A stretch of DNA of 62,951 nt, counting the filler, from Octopus bimaculoides (taxonomy: Eukaryota): assembly GCF_001194135.2 (NCBI RefSeq). It is 6 parts of 6 records of this genome, joined end to end, with 100 filler letters (N's around TTAATTAATTAA, not from the genome) between each part and the next. Parts side by side here need not be neighbours in the genome. Positions count along the whole stretch, not along the records: positions 1 to 24,166 come from NC_068985.1; 5 more parts are not named here. One strand, 5' to 3'. The position numbers and the translations under genes were made by a program. Position 1 is the stretch's first letter. Each line of letters opens with the position of its first letter. Positions 12,214 to 24,266 of this stretch are shown here, piece after piece. The notes beneath the pieces are model-generated. The model saw only the letters and a list, made by a program, of their open reading frames with translations, did no database searches and was not told the DNA's origin.

Positions 12214-12689
12214 TTTTAGATGAACCAATCGATCTTATAATTCTTAATATTACCAACCTTTAAATTTGAGAAATATTTGCATACTGAATAAATAACGGGT
12301 TTTTCTGAGTATTTGAATTCAATAGTTGTTGCAAGAAAATATACATACTGTTGAGAGGACAGACTTGTTGCATTTGCGTACAGGAAATGCTTCTGTTTAT
12401 ACAGGCTGTAGAAGCTGTTAGGTTATGCTGCAAAGAGAGCGTAATGTTATTTCTTTTTAAAGATCCTATGCTCTCCGCAGAAATGTATATTTATAAGATT
12501 TAGGAAAATCTTGGTAACATTATAAAGAAACGCTTAAATCATATCATGGATTATGCCATATATTCTTCCGTTTGTTATTTTAAGAATTTAATTACGCTCC
12601 CTCGTTCTCTCTCCCTTTCTCTCTCTTCCCCTCTCTCTCTTATGTATGTATGTATGTATGTATGTATGTATGTATGTATGTATGTATGT

Positions 12690-12848
12690 ATACGACGGTC
12701 TTCTTTCAGTTTCCGTCTACCAAATCCACTCACAAGGCTTTCGTCGATCCGAGGCTATAAGTAGAAGACTCTTGCCCATGGTGCCACGCAGTGGGACTGA
12801 ACCCAGAGCCATGTGGTTAGTAAGCAAGCTACTTAACACACAGACGCG
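12690..12848 (-). mobile_element. SINE family B head half, ending in its internal (TATG)n
   Basis: gtgccacgcagtgggactgaacccagagccatgtggttagtaagcaagctactt. Confidence 0.9.
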
Positions 12849-14020
12849 TATAGACACACACACACACACACACACACAACACACACACACACACACACAC
12901 ATATAGATATACATATATGGATGGATGTATATACATATGTATATGTGTATACATGCATGTATATGTATATATATTNNNNNNNNNNNNNNNACATATGCAT
13001 ATATATATATATATATGCATATGTATATATATGTATATATATTTGTAAATATGTGTATGTTTGTAGATATATATTTATTGTATGTGTGCATGTTATAATA
13101 GTCTGTCTTTTAATAACCATCTTTTAATCTCGTCATATTGTGGAATTTCCGGTTAGTACTCGCTGTATTCTGTAATGAAAACACACGAGAATATTCCTTT
13201 TTATTTTATTTTTTTTTAGCAGTTAATTACCTATAAACATATCGGTACATCGGCTGCAATCTATTGGTCATGTTGCAGTAATGCACCAAGGATCTAGAAA
13301 CGTTCAAGCGCGCAATTAATACCTCATAAAACTGTGATTATCATATTTTGTTATGTAAACTCTACCCCCTGAGAATGATAGCGATGCCAATTCTATGCTT
13401 TTTCAATAAAAGTTTACGAAATTCTAGTTTTGTAATGACAACGACGATTCAATTATTCGTGAATATACATCTCTCCCGCGTAACGTTAATTTCATTCGGT
13501 TCATTTTTTTGCGCTTTGTTCAAAAAGAAAAGTGTCGATATTATGATGATGCTTGATCGATAACTGATGAGGGGTGAGTATGATTATGTCAATTGAATGT
13601 GATTTTTTCCATGTGTTTGTCGTCTTCCTGTACCACATTCTATAACTTTTAATATAGGCATAAGAACATACATATTTTTGATAGGGAAAAAAATCGATTA
13701 GATTCGTCGCAATGTATATATAAAAAAAACTTTATTAATTTTGTGGGGTTGGTAATTTGTTTTCTATAAATACTGAGATCACGAGACAGTAAGAATACGA
13801 AAATCAAAGTGGTATAATTAATTACTACAAAGGATTTTTGACTGCCAGATTTCAATATTAAAAGCCATATTCGTTTCCACTAAATATCAAACAACGTTAA
13901 TACATGTAATAAATATTTGAATTCAATAATGTCAACTTTATGAAATAACACAAATAATATACACCAGTGTATGTTGTGTGAATTTGATATATCTTCTCTG
14001 AACTCATTTTGTTAATATAT

Positions 14021-14340
14021 AAGGCACGTGGCTTAGTGGTTAGAGCATCCGGCTCACGATCACAAGGTTGTGAGTTCAATTCCCGGCGATGCGTTGTATC
14101 ATTGAGCAAGACACTTTATTTCACGTTGCTCTAGTCCACTCAGCTGGCAAAAATTAGTAGTACCTATATTTCAATGGGGCCAGCCTTTTCACACTGTGTG
14201 TCACGCTGAATCGCCCTGAGAACTACGTGAAGGGTACACGTGTCTGTGGAATGCTCAGCCACTTGCACGTTAGTTTCACGAGCAGGCTGTTCCGTTGATC
14301 CGATCAGCTGGGACCCTCGTCGTCGTAACCGACGGAGTTC
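14021..14340 (+). mobile_element. Full-length tRNA-derived SINE family A
   Basis: A box TGGCTTAGTGG, B box GAGTTCAATTCC, and a body shared with 631-890, 19680-19790 and 54981-55160. Confidence 0.9.
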
Positions 14341-15361
14341 TCCTTATATATGTTTTTTCCCGTTTGCTGTGTTTTCTCCTTGTTTCTTTCTTTCTTCTCA
14401 GCCCTTGATATANNNNNNNNNNNNNNNNNNNNNNNNNNNNNNNNNNNNNNNNNNNNNNNNNNNNNNNNNNNNNNNNNNNNNNNNNNNNNNNNNNNNNNNN
14501 NNNNNNNNNNNNNNNNNNNNNNNNNNNNNNNNNNNNNNNNNNNNNNNNNNNNNNNNNNNNNNNNNNNNNNNNNNNNNNNNNNNNNNNNNNNNNNNNNNNN
14601 NNNNNNNNNNNNNNNNNNNNNNNNNNNNNNNNNNNNNNNNNNNNNNNNNNNNNNNNNNNNNNNNNNNNNNNNNNNNNNNNNNNNNNNNNNNNNNNNNNNN
14701 NNNNNNNNNNNNNNNNNNNNNNNNNNNNNNNNNNNNNNNNNNNNNNNNNNNNNNNNNNNNNNNNNNNNNNNNNNNNNNNNNNNNNNNNNNNNNNNNNNNN
14801 NNNNNNNNNNNNNNNNNNNNNNNNNNNNNNNNNNNNNNNNNNNNNNNNNNNNNNNNNNNNNNNNNNNNNNNNNNNNNNNNNNNNNNNNNNNNNNNNNNNN
14901 NNNNNNNNNNNNNNNNNNNNNNNNNNNNNNNNNNNNNNNNNNNNNNNNNNNNNNNNNNNNNNNNNNNNNNNNNNNNNNNNNNNNNNNNNNNNNNNNNNNN
15001 NNNNNNNNNNNNNNNNNNNNNNNNNNNNNNNNNNNNNNNNNNNNNNNNNNNNNNNNNNNNNNNNNNNNNNNNNNNNNNNNNNNNNNNNNNNNNNNNNNNN
15101 NNNNNNNNNNNNNNNNNNNNNNNNNNNNNNNNNNNNNNNNNNNNNNNNNNNNNNNNNNNNNNNNNNNNNNNNNNNNNNNNNNNNNNNNNNNNNNNNNNNN
15201 NNNNNNNNNNNNNNNNNNNNNNNNNNNNNNNNNNNNNNNNNNNNNNNNNNNNNNNNNNNNNNNNNNNNNNNNNNNNNNNNNNNNNNNNNNNNNNNNNNNN
15301 NNNNNNNNNNNNNNNNNNNNNNNNNNNNNNNNNNNNNNNNNNNNNNNNNNNNNNNNNNNNN

Positions 15362-15402
<41 letters not shown>

Positions 15403-15704
15403 ACACCGGAGCGCACTCTGAGAGATTTTTGGCGCCTGCTATTTCTCCGGATTTGATACGCATGAAAATCGCCATTAAAACGATCTCAACGAACCGCGAA
15501 TAAATACGCAAAATGGCTGTTGTAAATATAAGTCTAGTTGACGCTGTAATTTAGCCCCCAAGTCAACCATGATCGAGCAGAGCTATGATGGAAGACACTC
15601 CAGCCGTGGTCATTCCATCTGTTTTCGTTCAGGTATATTATTTCCACGACTACATCATATAATGTATTCTCCTCCATCTCCTCTTCGACCAATAAACCAA
15701 TAAG

Positions 15705-15970
15705 CGTCACTACCTCGGTGGAATTTGAACTCAGATCATAAAGATGGACAAAATGCCGCTAAGCATTTTGCCTGGCGTGCTAACCTTTTTGCCAGCTCAC
15801 CGCCTTATTAATAATAATAAACCTTTCTACTAAATGCACAAGGCCTGAAATTTTGGGGGAGGGGATTAGGCGATTATACCGACCCTAGTACACAACTGGT
15901 ACTTATTTTATCGACCCTGAAAAGATAAAAAGGCAAAGTCGACCTCGGCCGAATTTGAACTCGGAATGTA
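15705..15970 (-). mobile_element. Two adjacent SINE family C pieces
   Basis: Two gaatttgaactc head segments (about 15720 and 15950) and one tail (aacctttctactaaatgcacaaggcctgaaatttt). Confidence 0.85.
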
Positions 15971-16598
15971 ATTACTAATGTAATAGTCTGTCCACTACAA
16001 AAAACGTTTAATGATCTNNNNNNNNNNNNNNNNNNNNNNNNNNNNNNNNNNNNNNNNNNNNNNNNNNNNNNNNNNNNNNNNNNNNNNNNNNNNNNNNNNN
16101 NNNNNNNNNNNNNNNNNNNNNNNNNNNNNNNNNNNNNNNNNNNNNNNNNNNNNNNNNNNNNNNNNNNNNNNNNNNNNNNNNNNNNNNNNNNNNNNNNNNN
16201 NNNNNNNNNNNNNNNNNNNNNNNNNNNNNNNNNNNNNNNNNNNNNNNNNNNNNNNNNNNNNNNNNNNNNNNNNNNNNNNNNNNNNNNNNNNNNNNNNNNN
16301 NNNNNNNNNNNNNNNNNNNNNNNNNNNNNNNNNNNNNNNNNNNNNNNNNNNNNNNNNNNNNNNNNNNNNNNNNNNNNNNNNNNNNNNNNNNNNNNNNNNN
16401 NNNNNNNNNNNNNNNNNNNNNNNNNNNNNNNNNNNNNNNNNNTATATATATATATATATATATATATATGTTTGTGTGTATGTGTGTGGGGGATATGTGT
16501 CTGTATGTATATATACACATACACTCATAACACATACGCACACTCACATACATATTTGTAGGGAAATACATGTAAGTATATATGTCTATCCATGCGCG

Positions 16599-16655
<57 letters not shown>

Positions 16656-16941
16656 ATTGGTTTTTCTTCTATTTGAATCGAGTTAATCGTAATCTAAACC
16701 CATATCCCGTTGCTCTAGAGGTATCAAGAACGGATATGATTGCTTGATCTCGCTGATAGGACACGAGACAGATGTGTCGTAAGTTCATCTTGTATAATAC
16801 TAAGAAGGAGGCTCCATCTAACGGAACAAAATCTCAACGACTAATAATTTCTGTCGGTGCAAATCATTAAAAGCCTTTCGTAGAATTTTCAAAGACAATC
16901 ACAAGAGCTTTGTAACTGAAAGTGCCGCCTACAAACTTCTA

Positions 16942-17117
16942 ATAATCTTTTCTACTCTAGGCACAAGGCCCGAAATTTTGGTGGAGGGGGCCAGTCAATT
17001 AGATCGACTCTAGTACGCAACTAGTACTTAATTTATCGAAACCGAAAGGATGAAAGCAAAGTCGACCTCAGCGGAATTTGAACTCAGAACGTAAAGGCAG
17101 ACGAAATACCGCTAAGC
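16942..17117 (-). mobile_element. SINE family C
   Basis: Reverse complement of 17445-17620. Confidence 0.9.
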
Positions 17118-17880
17118 GGAAGATACTTAACACCCAAGCACCAATCTCAAAATACTAGCTGCCCCCAATAGAGCAGATTTTTGGTCCTGCTCTGCCCTCA
17201 TGTCAAATCCGATTTCTCCGACATATTTCTCGAACCTAGTTGCTAGTGCTCCGAATGTTCCTACAACTATTGGGATGCCAGTTACTCACCTCATTGCACA
17301 CGTTCTGGCAATTTCGTCTTTTAGTAGTCTGTATATCTCCATCTTTTCCAGCTCTTTGCCATCTACATGTGCATCTTCCGGTATGGCAATATCTACGACC
17401 TTGAAGGTGGCGAGCTGGCAGAAACATTAGCACGCCGGGCGAAATACTTAGCAGTTTTTCGTCTGTCTTTAGGTTCTGAGTTCAAATTCCGCTGAGGTCG
17501 ACTTTGCTTTTCATGCTTTCGGGGTCAATAAATTAAGTACCAGTTGCGTACTGGGGTCGATTTAATCGACTGGCCCCCTCCCCCAAAATTTCAGTTCTTG
17601 TGCCTAGGGTAGAAAAGAATATTTACGACTTTGATTTCTTTTCTTCTTTATCCCCTACAACAATGTCTGGCCTCCAAGCATCGATTAGGGAGTCACATTA
17701 GATTGTAAAATCCCACAGGATCTTATATTCATTGTTCTTAGTGACGCCCTCTGGTTCATGTGTGTACCATTTCCGTGCTGTGCCCCGACCGTACTTTCCA
17801 CACAGTCTCCAGCGTACTGAGACCCGTTATCGTGTTTCCTTTTGTAGTGTTTTAAGGCCCAGTTTAGTACGCACAAGAGC
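17118..17880 (-). mobile_element. R4/Dong-like (restriction-like endonuclease) non-LTR retrotransposon 3' end, split by a SINE
   Basis: Minus strand, with frameshifts: KHYKRKHDN..WRLCGKYG..KWYTHEPEGVTKNNEYKILWDFTI*CD..RPDIVV.DKEEK|KVVDIAIPEDAHVDGKELEKMEIY...IPIVVGTFG...QKSALLGAASILRLVLGC*. This is the PD-(D/E)xK REL domain. Confidence 0.85.
17405..17623 (+). mobile_element. Full SINE family C with TSD
   Basis: gaaggtggcgagctggcagaaac...agaaaagaat, flanked by TACGACCTTGA (17394-17404) and TACGACTTTGA (17624-17634). Confidence 0.9.
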
Positions 17881-17889
17881 TTCATATCC

Positions 17890-18560
17890 CATTTCGAACG
17901 CCAATTTCTCATACTAATACGTCACCCGTCTTGATATTATTCTTTTTCCATTAATTTAATATCTCGGTAAAAATCCACACAATTTTCTCGTTGCCGTAGC
18001 AACTACCGTTAACTGGAAATTTATCAAGACCAGACAAGCAAAAAGTGCATGTTCACATTTTAGCTTACATAAAAGATGGCGAAAGCTAATCAATCATATT
18101 TTCAACTAGGTGTCTGATATGGAACTTCTACACTTCCAAGTTGGTTTCGAACAACAGGTTTAAATGCTTGCCAAATTTCTAACTCACCTTCAGTCACATG
18201 TACATAATTCTCAGACATGCATAGAAGTTATGTATATATATACGATACATTATATCATTATAAACCCATTCAAAATTCTCTTTGAAGAATGAATTTTCCC
18301 AATTATCCGTGCTTTGCGTTAAATATTTTAATTCGTTCTGTTAGACACTTTAATACTTTTGGAGACAATTCTCTTTGCTAAATAATTCCTGGAGCCTCTT
18401 TTTCACCATAACAGCTTATGAATAATGTTCTCATAATTGTCATTTTTCATCAGTTCCATAATTTGTGGCCCAAGAAAAAAAGCCAGGGTGTAATTTTTCT
18501 TCAGTTGCAGTTGGAAACTAAGTTATTCAAATCCTTCTTTATCTTTATTAAAAGCTTATT
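17890..18560 (-). pseudogene. Chapaev/CMC-type DNA transposase remnant
   Basis: Minus-strand fragments KDKEGFE, FLGPQIMELMK, EGELEIWQAFKPVV, MHFL..LDKFP.N and FYRDIKLMEKE*YQ match the GPQIRELMKD / HSHLDFFPEN / FHQDIxxMExRYQG motifs. Confidence 0.6.
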
Positions 18561-18609
18561 ACTAACATTGCAGACATGGCTGTGTAGTTAAGAAGCTCTC
18601 TTTTAAAGA

Positions 18610-18752
18610 ACGTGAAGAAAACAAACAGATGTATTAGTTTAGCGCTCGGGGATTGAAAAGGTCTTTAACGTTTTGAGCCTACGCTCTTCCACAGAAAGGA
18701 ACACAGAAAGAAACAAGGAGAGAAAAAAAATGTGTGTAGTAGTTAGCGATCT
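18610..18752 (-). mobile_element. Short pLTR-like repeat with a degenerate hammerhead
   Basis: Minus strand 18698-18663: CTTT CTGTGGA a GAGC gtag GCTC AAAAC GTT AAAG. Flanking text resembles 3360-3500 (gagcg...ctaatac, ttgtttc). Confidence 0.55.
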
Positions 18753-18828
18753 ATTATGGTGAATACATATGTATATGTATAAAGATGCATATGTATATAT
18801 ATATATATAAATATACATATATATTTAT

Positions 18829-18859
<31 letters not shown>

Positions 18860-19679
18860 CATAGATACACGCAGATATTTATACCTACATTTATACATAC
18901 ACAAAAACGCGCATGCTTCCTAAATTCATTTATCGTCATGAATGCATGTACAGATAAATTCTTCTTTAGTAGCATAGATATATTTATACATACATACATA
19001 CATACATGCATACATACATACATACATACATACATGCATACATACATACATATATATACATACATGCATACATACATACATACATACATACATACATACG
19101 TACATACATATGTATCCAGGCACGTACATGTATATGTACACATACTATACATACATGCGTTCTTTAATACATATATCCATGTCCGCAAATATACATACAT
19201 TCATACATCGACACAGCTCCCCTTATATCACTATATATCATATACAAATATAGATAAAGTTAAGCCGTCGGAGATGTTCTTCAGTGTAACATGCCACGCG
19301 CCGCTACCGGAAGCGGAGGGCGTGGCTGCATAATGATTGACAGCGACTTACACACCTTTATACCACGCCCTTTATTCCTGTCAGTTTATGGCTTATTCCA
19401 CACACACACACACAAACGCACAAATGCACACACATATGTGTGTGTGTCTATATATATAAACACAGATACACGCATGTACATATAACTATGTGTATGTAGG
19501 TATGTTTCAGGCTGTCTCTCAATACACACACGCACACACACACACACACACNNNNNNNNNNNNNNNNNNNNNNNNNNNNNNNNNNNNNNNNNNNNNNNNN
19601 NNNNNNNNNNNNNNNNNNNNNNNNNNNNNNNNNNNNNNNNNNNNNNNNNNNCTCTGTGTGTTACACTCTGTGTGTTACA

Positions 19680-19790
19680 CTCTGTGTGTTACACTCTGTG
19701 TCAGCCTTGTCACGCTCTGAGTTGAATGTTCCTGAGAACTACGTTAAGGGTATAGCTGTATGTGGAATGCTCACCACGTTAATTTAACCA
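19680..19790 (+). mobile_element. SINE family A fragment
   Basis: cctgagaactacgttaagggta...gtggaatgctca. Confidence 0.7.
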
Positions 19791-20771
19791 ACGGGTACCA
19801 GACCATTCGATCTTTTCTGCTCTTCCAGAAACAGGTTGTTTTCTTCAAGGCGTTTGCAAACTCTTTGTAATACTATTGCCGCTAAATATTTTAAAGGGTT
19901 GTAGGTAGGGTCTGTAATTTTGAGGGTGGTTTCTTGTAGATTTGCGGATTAAGGATTAAGATGGGTTTCTTTTTTCAGTGAGGTTCGACCGATAGAAAGA
20001 GCCAGAACTACTAGAACCACAACCACCACTACAACCACCACCACCACCACCACAACCACCACCACCACAACCACCACAACNNNNNNNNNNNNNNNNNNNN
20101 NNNNNNNNNNNNNNNNNNNNNNNNNNNNNNNNNNNNNNNNNNNNNNNNNNNNNNNNNNNNNNNNNNNNNNNNNNNNNNNNNNNNNNNNNNNNNNNNNNNN
20201 NNNNNNNNNNNNNNNNNNNNNNNNNNNNNNNNNNNNNNNNNNNNNNNNNNNNNNNNNNNNNNNNNNNNNNNNNNNNNNNNNNNNNNNNNNNNNNNNNNNN
20301 NNNNNNNNNNNNNNNNNNNNNNNNNNNNNNNNNNNNNNNNNNNNNNNNNNNNNNNNNNNNNNNNNNNNNNNNNNNNNNNNNNNNNNNNNNNNNNNNNNNN
20401 NNNNNNNNNNNNNNNNNNNNNNNNNNNNNNNNNNNNNNNNNNNNNNNNNNNNNNNNNNNNNNNNNNNNNNNNNNNNNNNNNNNNNNNNNNNNNNNNNNNN
20501 NNNNNNNNNNNNNNNNNNNNNNNNNNNNNNNNNNNNNNNNNNNNNNNNNNNNNNNNNNNNNNNNNNNNNNNNNNNNNNNNNNNNNNNNNNNNNNNNNNNN
20601 NNNNNNNNNNNNNNNNNNNNNNNNNNNNNNNNNNNNNNNNNNNNNNNNNNNNNNNNNNNNNNNNNNNNNNNNNNNNNNNNNNNNNNNNNNNNNNNNNNNN
20701 NNNNNNNNNNNNNNNNNNNNNNNNNNNNNNNNNNNNNNNNNNNNNNNNNNNNNNNNNNNNNNNNNNNNNNN

Positions 20772-20935
20772 NCCTGGTATTTCCTTAGCGGTTCGGCAAG
20801 AAGAGATCGTTAGAATACGTATCAGTCTTTAAAAAATCGTACCAGGATCGATTTAGTTCGTGGTAAACCCCTAAAAGGTGGTGCCCCAGCATGGCCGCAG
20901 TCCTATGACTAAAGCTAGTAAAAGGTGAAATATAA
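20772..20935 (+). mobile_element. SINE family B tail
   Basis: ttagcggttcggcaag...ggtgccccagcatggccgcagtc...agtaaaag. Confidence 0.8.
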
Positions 20936-21336
20936 ACGTAACAAAATACCAAAAGACATTTTTCCAGCCGGTTTACCGGTTTACCGGTTCTGGCAGCCAC
21001 CGCCCTTAAACCAACAACACCTAATGACAACAGAACATAACGAAGCACAATGATATATTATATTACATATGGGATACAATAGAAACAGATTAGAACAATA
21101 TAATTGCGTGAAGCAGAAACATATGTTTTTATAGACATCAATGATAGGAAGTGGAGTTCAGCTGTGTGATAGATCCGGTGAGGTAGGGAACGAAGGGTGG
21201 AGGGGACGAAGCTGTTAATAAACCTACTGAGTCTCAATTTCGTTTTACAAAGAGAGCAATGACATGGTTTGGTCGTTCAGATAGTGGTCACTAAAAAAAA
21301 AAAAAAAAAAAAAGATTAATGTATAAATAATAAATA

Positions 21337-21504
21337 TAGGCGCAGGAGTGGGTGTGTGGTAAGAAGTTTGCTTCCCGACCACATAAATTCCGGGTTCAGT
21401 ACCACTACGCGTGATACCTTAAGGCAAGTGTCTTCTACTATAGCCTTGGGCCGACCAAAGCCCTGTGAGCGGATTTGGTAGATGGAAATTGAAGGAAACC
21501 CGTC

Positions 21505-21510
<6 letters not shown>
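21337..21510 (+). mobile_element. SINE family B head
   Basis: ggcgcaggagtgggtgtgtggtaag...ccgggttcagtaccac...gaaggaaacccgtcg(TA)n. Confidence 0.85.
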
Positions 21511-21543
<33 letters not shown>

Positions 21544-22303
21544 GATATGGTTGTACATTTACAGATTTTTATTAATATGTTACATTAAATCTGGAGAATC
21601 TACAAGAATAGATGCAAGCGCTAATTTATAAAAGTATGTGACATTAATAAAAATCTGTAAATGTACAACTATCCAGATGTCTGAGTACCTTATTATTTTT
21701 TCTAATATATAATTCCTGTACATCACCTCCAAACCTTCTAATATATATNNNNNNNNNNNNNNNNNNNNNNNNNNNNNNNNNNNNNNNNNNNNNNNNNNNN
21801 NNNNNNNNNNNNNNNNNNNNNNNNNNNNNNNNNNNNNNNNNNNNNNNNNNNNNNNNNNNNNNNNNNNNNNNNNNNNNNNNNNNNNNNNNNNNNNNNNNNN
21901 NNNNNNNNNNNNNNNNNNNNNNNNNNNNNNNNNNNNNNNNNNNNNNNNNNNNNNNNNNNNNNNNNNNNNNNNNNNNNNNNNNNNNNNNNNNNNNNNNNNN
22001 NNNNNNNNNNNNNNNNNNNNNNNNNNNNNNNNNNNNNNNNNNNNNNNNNNNNNNNNNNNNNNNNNNNNNNNNNNNNNNNNNNNNNNNNNNNNNNNNNNNN
22101 NNNNNNNNNNNNNNNNNNNNNNNNNNNNNNNNNNNNNNNNNNNNNNNNNNNNNNNNNNNNNNNNNNNNNNNNNNNNNNNNNNNNNNNNNNNNNNNNNNNN
22201 NNNNNNNNNNNNNNNNNNNNNNNNNNNNNNNNNNNNNNNNNNNNNNNNNNNNNNNNNNNNNNNNNNNNNNNNNNNNNNNNNNNNNNNNNNNNNNNNNNNN
22301 NNN

Positions 22304-22352
<49 letters not shown>

Positions 22353-22394
22353 GACAGACAGACACACACACACACACACACGGAAACAAATATA

Positions 22395-22570
22395 TAAATA
22401 TATATATATATATTGTGTATCTGTGTTTGTCCCTCCCACCATCGCTTGACAACCGATGTTGGTGTATTTATGTATCCCGTAACTTAGCGGTTCGTCAAAA
22501 TAGACCGATAGAATAAGTACTAGGCTTACAAAGAATAAGTCCTGGGGGTCGATTTGTTCGACTAAAGGTG
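22395..22570 (+). mobile_element. SINE family B tail
   Basis: catcgcttgacaaccgatg...gaataagtcctgggggtcgatttgttcgactaaagg. Confidence 0.85.
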
Positions 22571-23774
22571 TTGCCAAATAACTACATGCACTATATACTC
22601 GTTCTTCATTTCAACTTCATTATTATTCTAAATCTTGCTGATGATCTTTCTAACGACGATGAAATCTCGTGGAGGGCTTCCCAGAAGAAAGGGCCTTTCC
22701 ACACACCTTCTTTTGGGGTACTCTATTTTGTTATCTTGAGGGAAGGACTTTACTTTTCCGTTTTTTCCTATTTCTTCTGCCACTCGTGTTCCATGTCCAT
22801 CTCATCACAAAACAATGGGGTGGTGCTAACAGCTAATATTAGGGTACAGGTGTCGCTGTTTTCTGGAACAGTGAATGAGATAATCTCTTCAGCTATTTCC
22901 TTAGCCTATTCCGGCGGGACTTAGAGAACAACACTTTCTATTGCTTGCTTTCGTTGTTGCTGCTATCTCTATTGGCATGTTTTTCTAGGTTTGAAATCCT
23001 TCCGCTCAGAAAGCCTTCAAATGGTTCTTGCTGCAACACGAATAACAGCTAGGCCTTCTGTTTTGCACCATCAGCCTCTTTGCATTTCTTTCCGCATTCA
23101 AGAAACGGATCCGGAATAACCCTTTATTCTTCGGGTGTCACTAGTTCCTGCACGACCATGCAAACCCCGTTTCCACCAGCACATCGTTTCTTGTAATTTC
23201 GGTGCTCAAAACGTTCATGTAATACGCAGCAAAATTGATAACAACTAAGGTTTAACATCAGCACCAATATCCCCATGTTGTGTTGTTCCGTATATTGTGC
23301 AACTAGCTTATAAGCAGATACATACTGCATCAGCTTAGTATACTTTCTCTCCTCGTTCCCAGTTTTGGAAATCAGTGATGCAGTACCATAAGCCCTAAAC
23401 CGTCAGGTGTAATAGATATCGCTCCGCACACAGCTTAAGGCTAACTCCAGCTGTTACTTTGGAATATAGGAAAATATATTGTTTCTGATGTTAATCATTT
23501 CAAAGCGTTTTCGTATCTAGCAACGTTAGCAAAAGAATGGCAGAAATGCTGTTGTGTAACTCTCAAAACAACACTTTCTCTTATTAAAATTAGACTGCTT
23601 TCTTCGTTTGAGAAGATTTTTGTGTGTATGTATGTGTGTATGTAGGTGTGTATGTGAGTGTGTGCGTGTATGTATATGTGTGTGTGGGAGGAGCCGCGGT
23701 GGTTGTTAACAGTGTCATTCAAATAGTCCAAATTGATGTTTTTAACTGTTGAAATAAAACAATTCTTTTGTATA

Positions 23775-24166
23775 CAGTAGTCCTTCGACTATCGCGGGTG
23801 TTACGTTCCAAATACCTTCACGATATGTGAAAATCCACGAAGTAGAAACAGTACTGTACTGTATATATTTTCAAAATTATTTTTATAATTTGTATATATT
23901 TATTTTATTATAAATGCAAAGCAACACCACACACTCGCCCCCCCCCCCGAGTTTCGTTTTCCATACAGTATGAGCAATTCTCTGTTTACTCACCTGTGGT
24001 ACGCTACATATTTTCTTTTAATATGTCTTAATTAACGTGTTATAACAGTACAGTACTGTACTCTATATTTATTTATTAATTTGTTAATTTTTAGGCGTGA
24101 AAATGCTTATTTTAACACAGAAATAATTAAAACCTAAAAGCATAAAAATACCTATCAGCCGCAAAA
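23775..24166 (+). mobile_element. Tigger/pogo-family (Tc1/mariner) non-autonomous element, left end
   Basis: TA then CAGTAGTCCTTCGACTATCGCGGG...gtgaaaatccacgaagtag, a Tigger-like TIR start. The right end is lost in a gap. Confidence 0.7.
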
Positions 24167-24266
24167 NNNNNNNNNNNNNNNNNNNNNNNNNNNNNNNNNN
24201 NNNNNNNNNNTTAATTAATTAANNNNNNNNNNNNNNNNNNNNNNNNNNNNNNNNNNNNNNNNNNNN

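Noticed and set aside
14021-14095. tRNA genes at SINE heads
   Set aside because: No complete cloverleaf; each head continues into a repeated SINE body.
22638-22670. CTGATGA...GAAA motif (similar partial hits at 13560, 18460 and 29272)
   Set aside because: No stem III or UH, or no GAAA; the hit at 18460 is transposase coding sequence.
24211-24222. TTAATTAATTAA inside N-gaps (also 28017-28028, 32420-32431, 59771-59782, 61758-61769)
   Set aside because: It sits centred in N runs (44+12+44 = 100 nt where counted) and is a palindrome with stops in all six frames. This is an artificial scaffold spacer, not biology.
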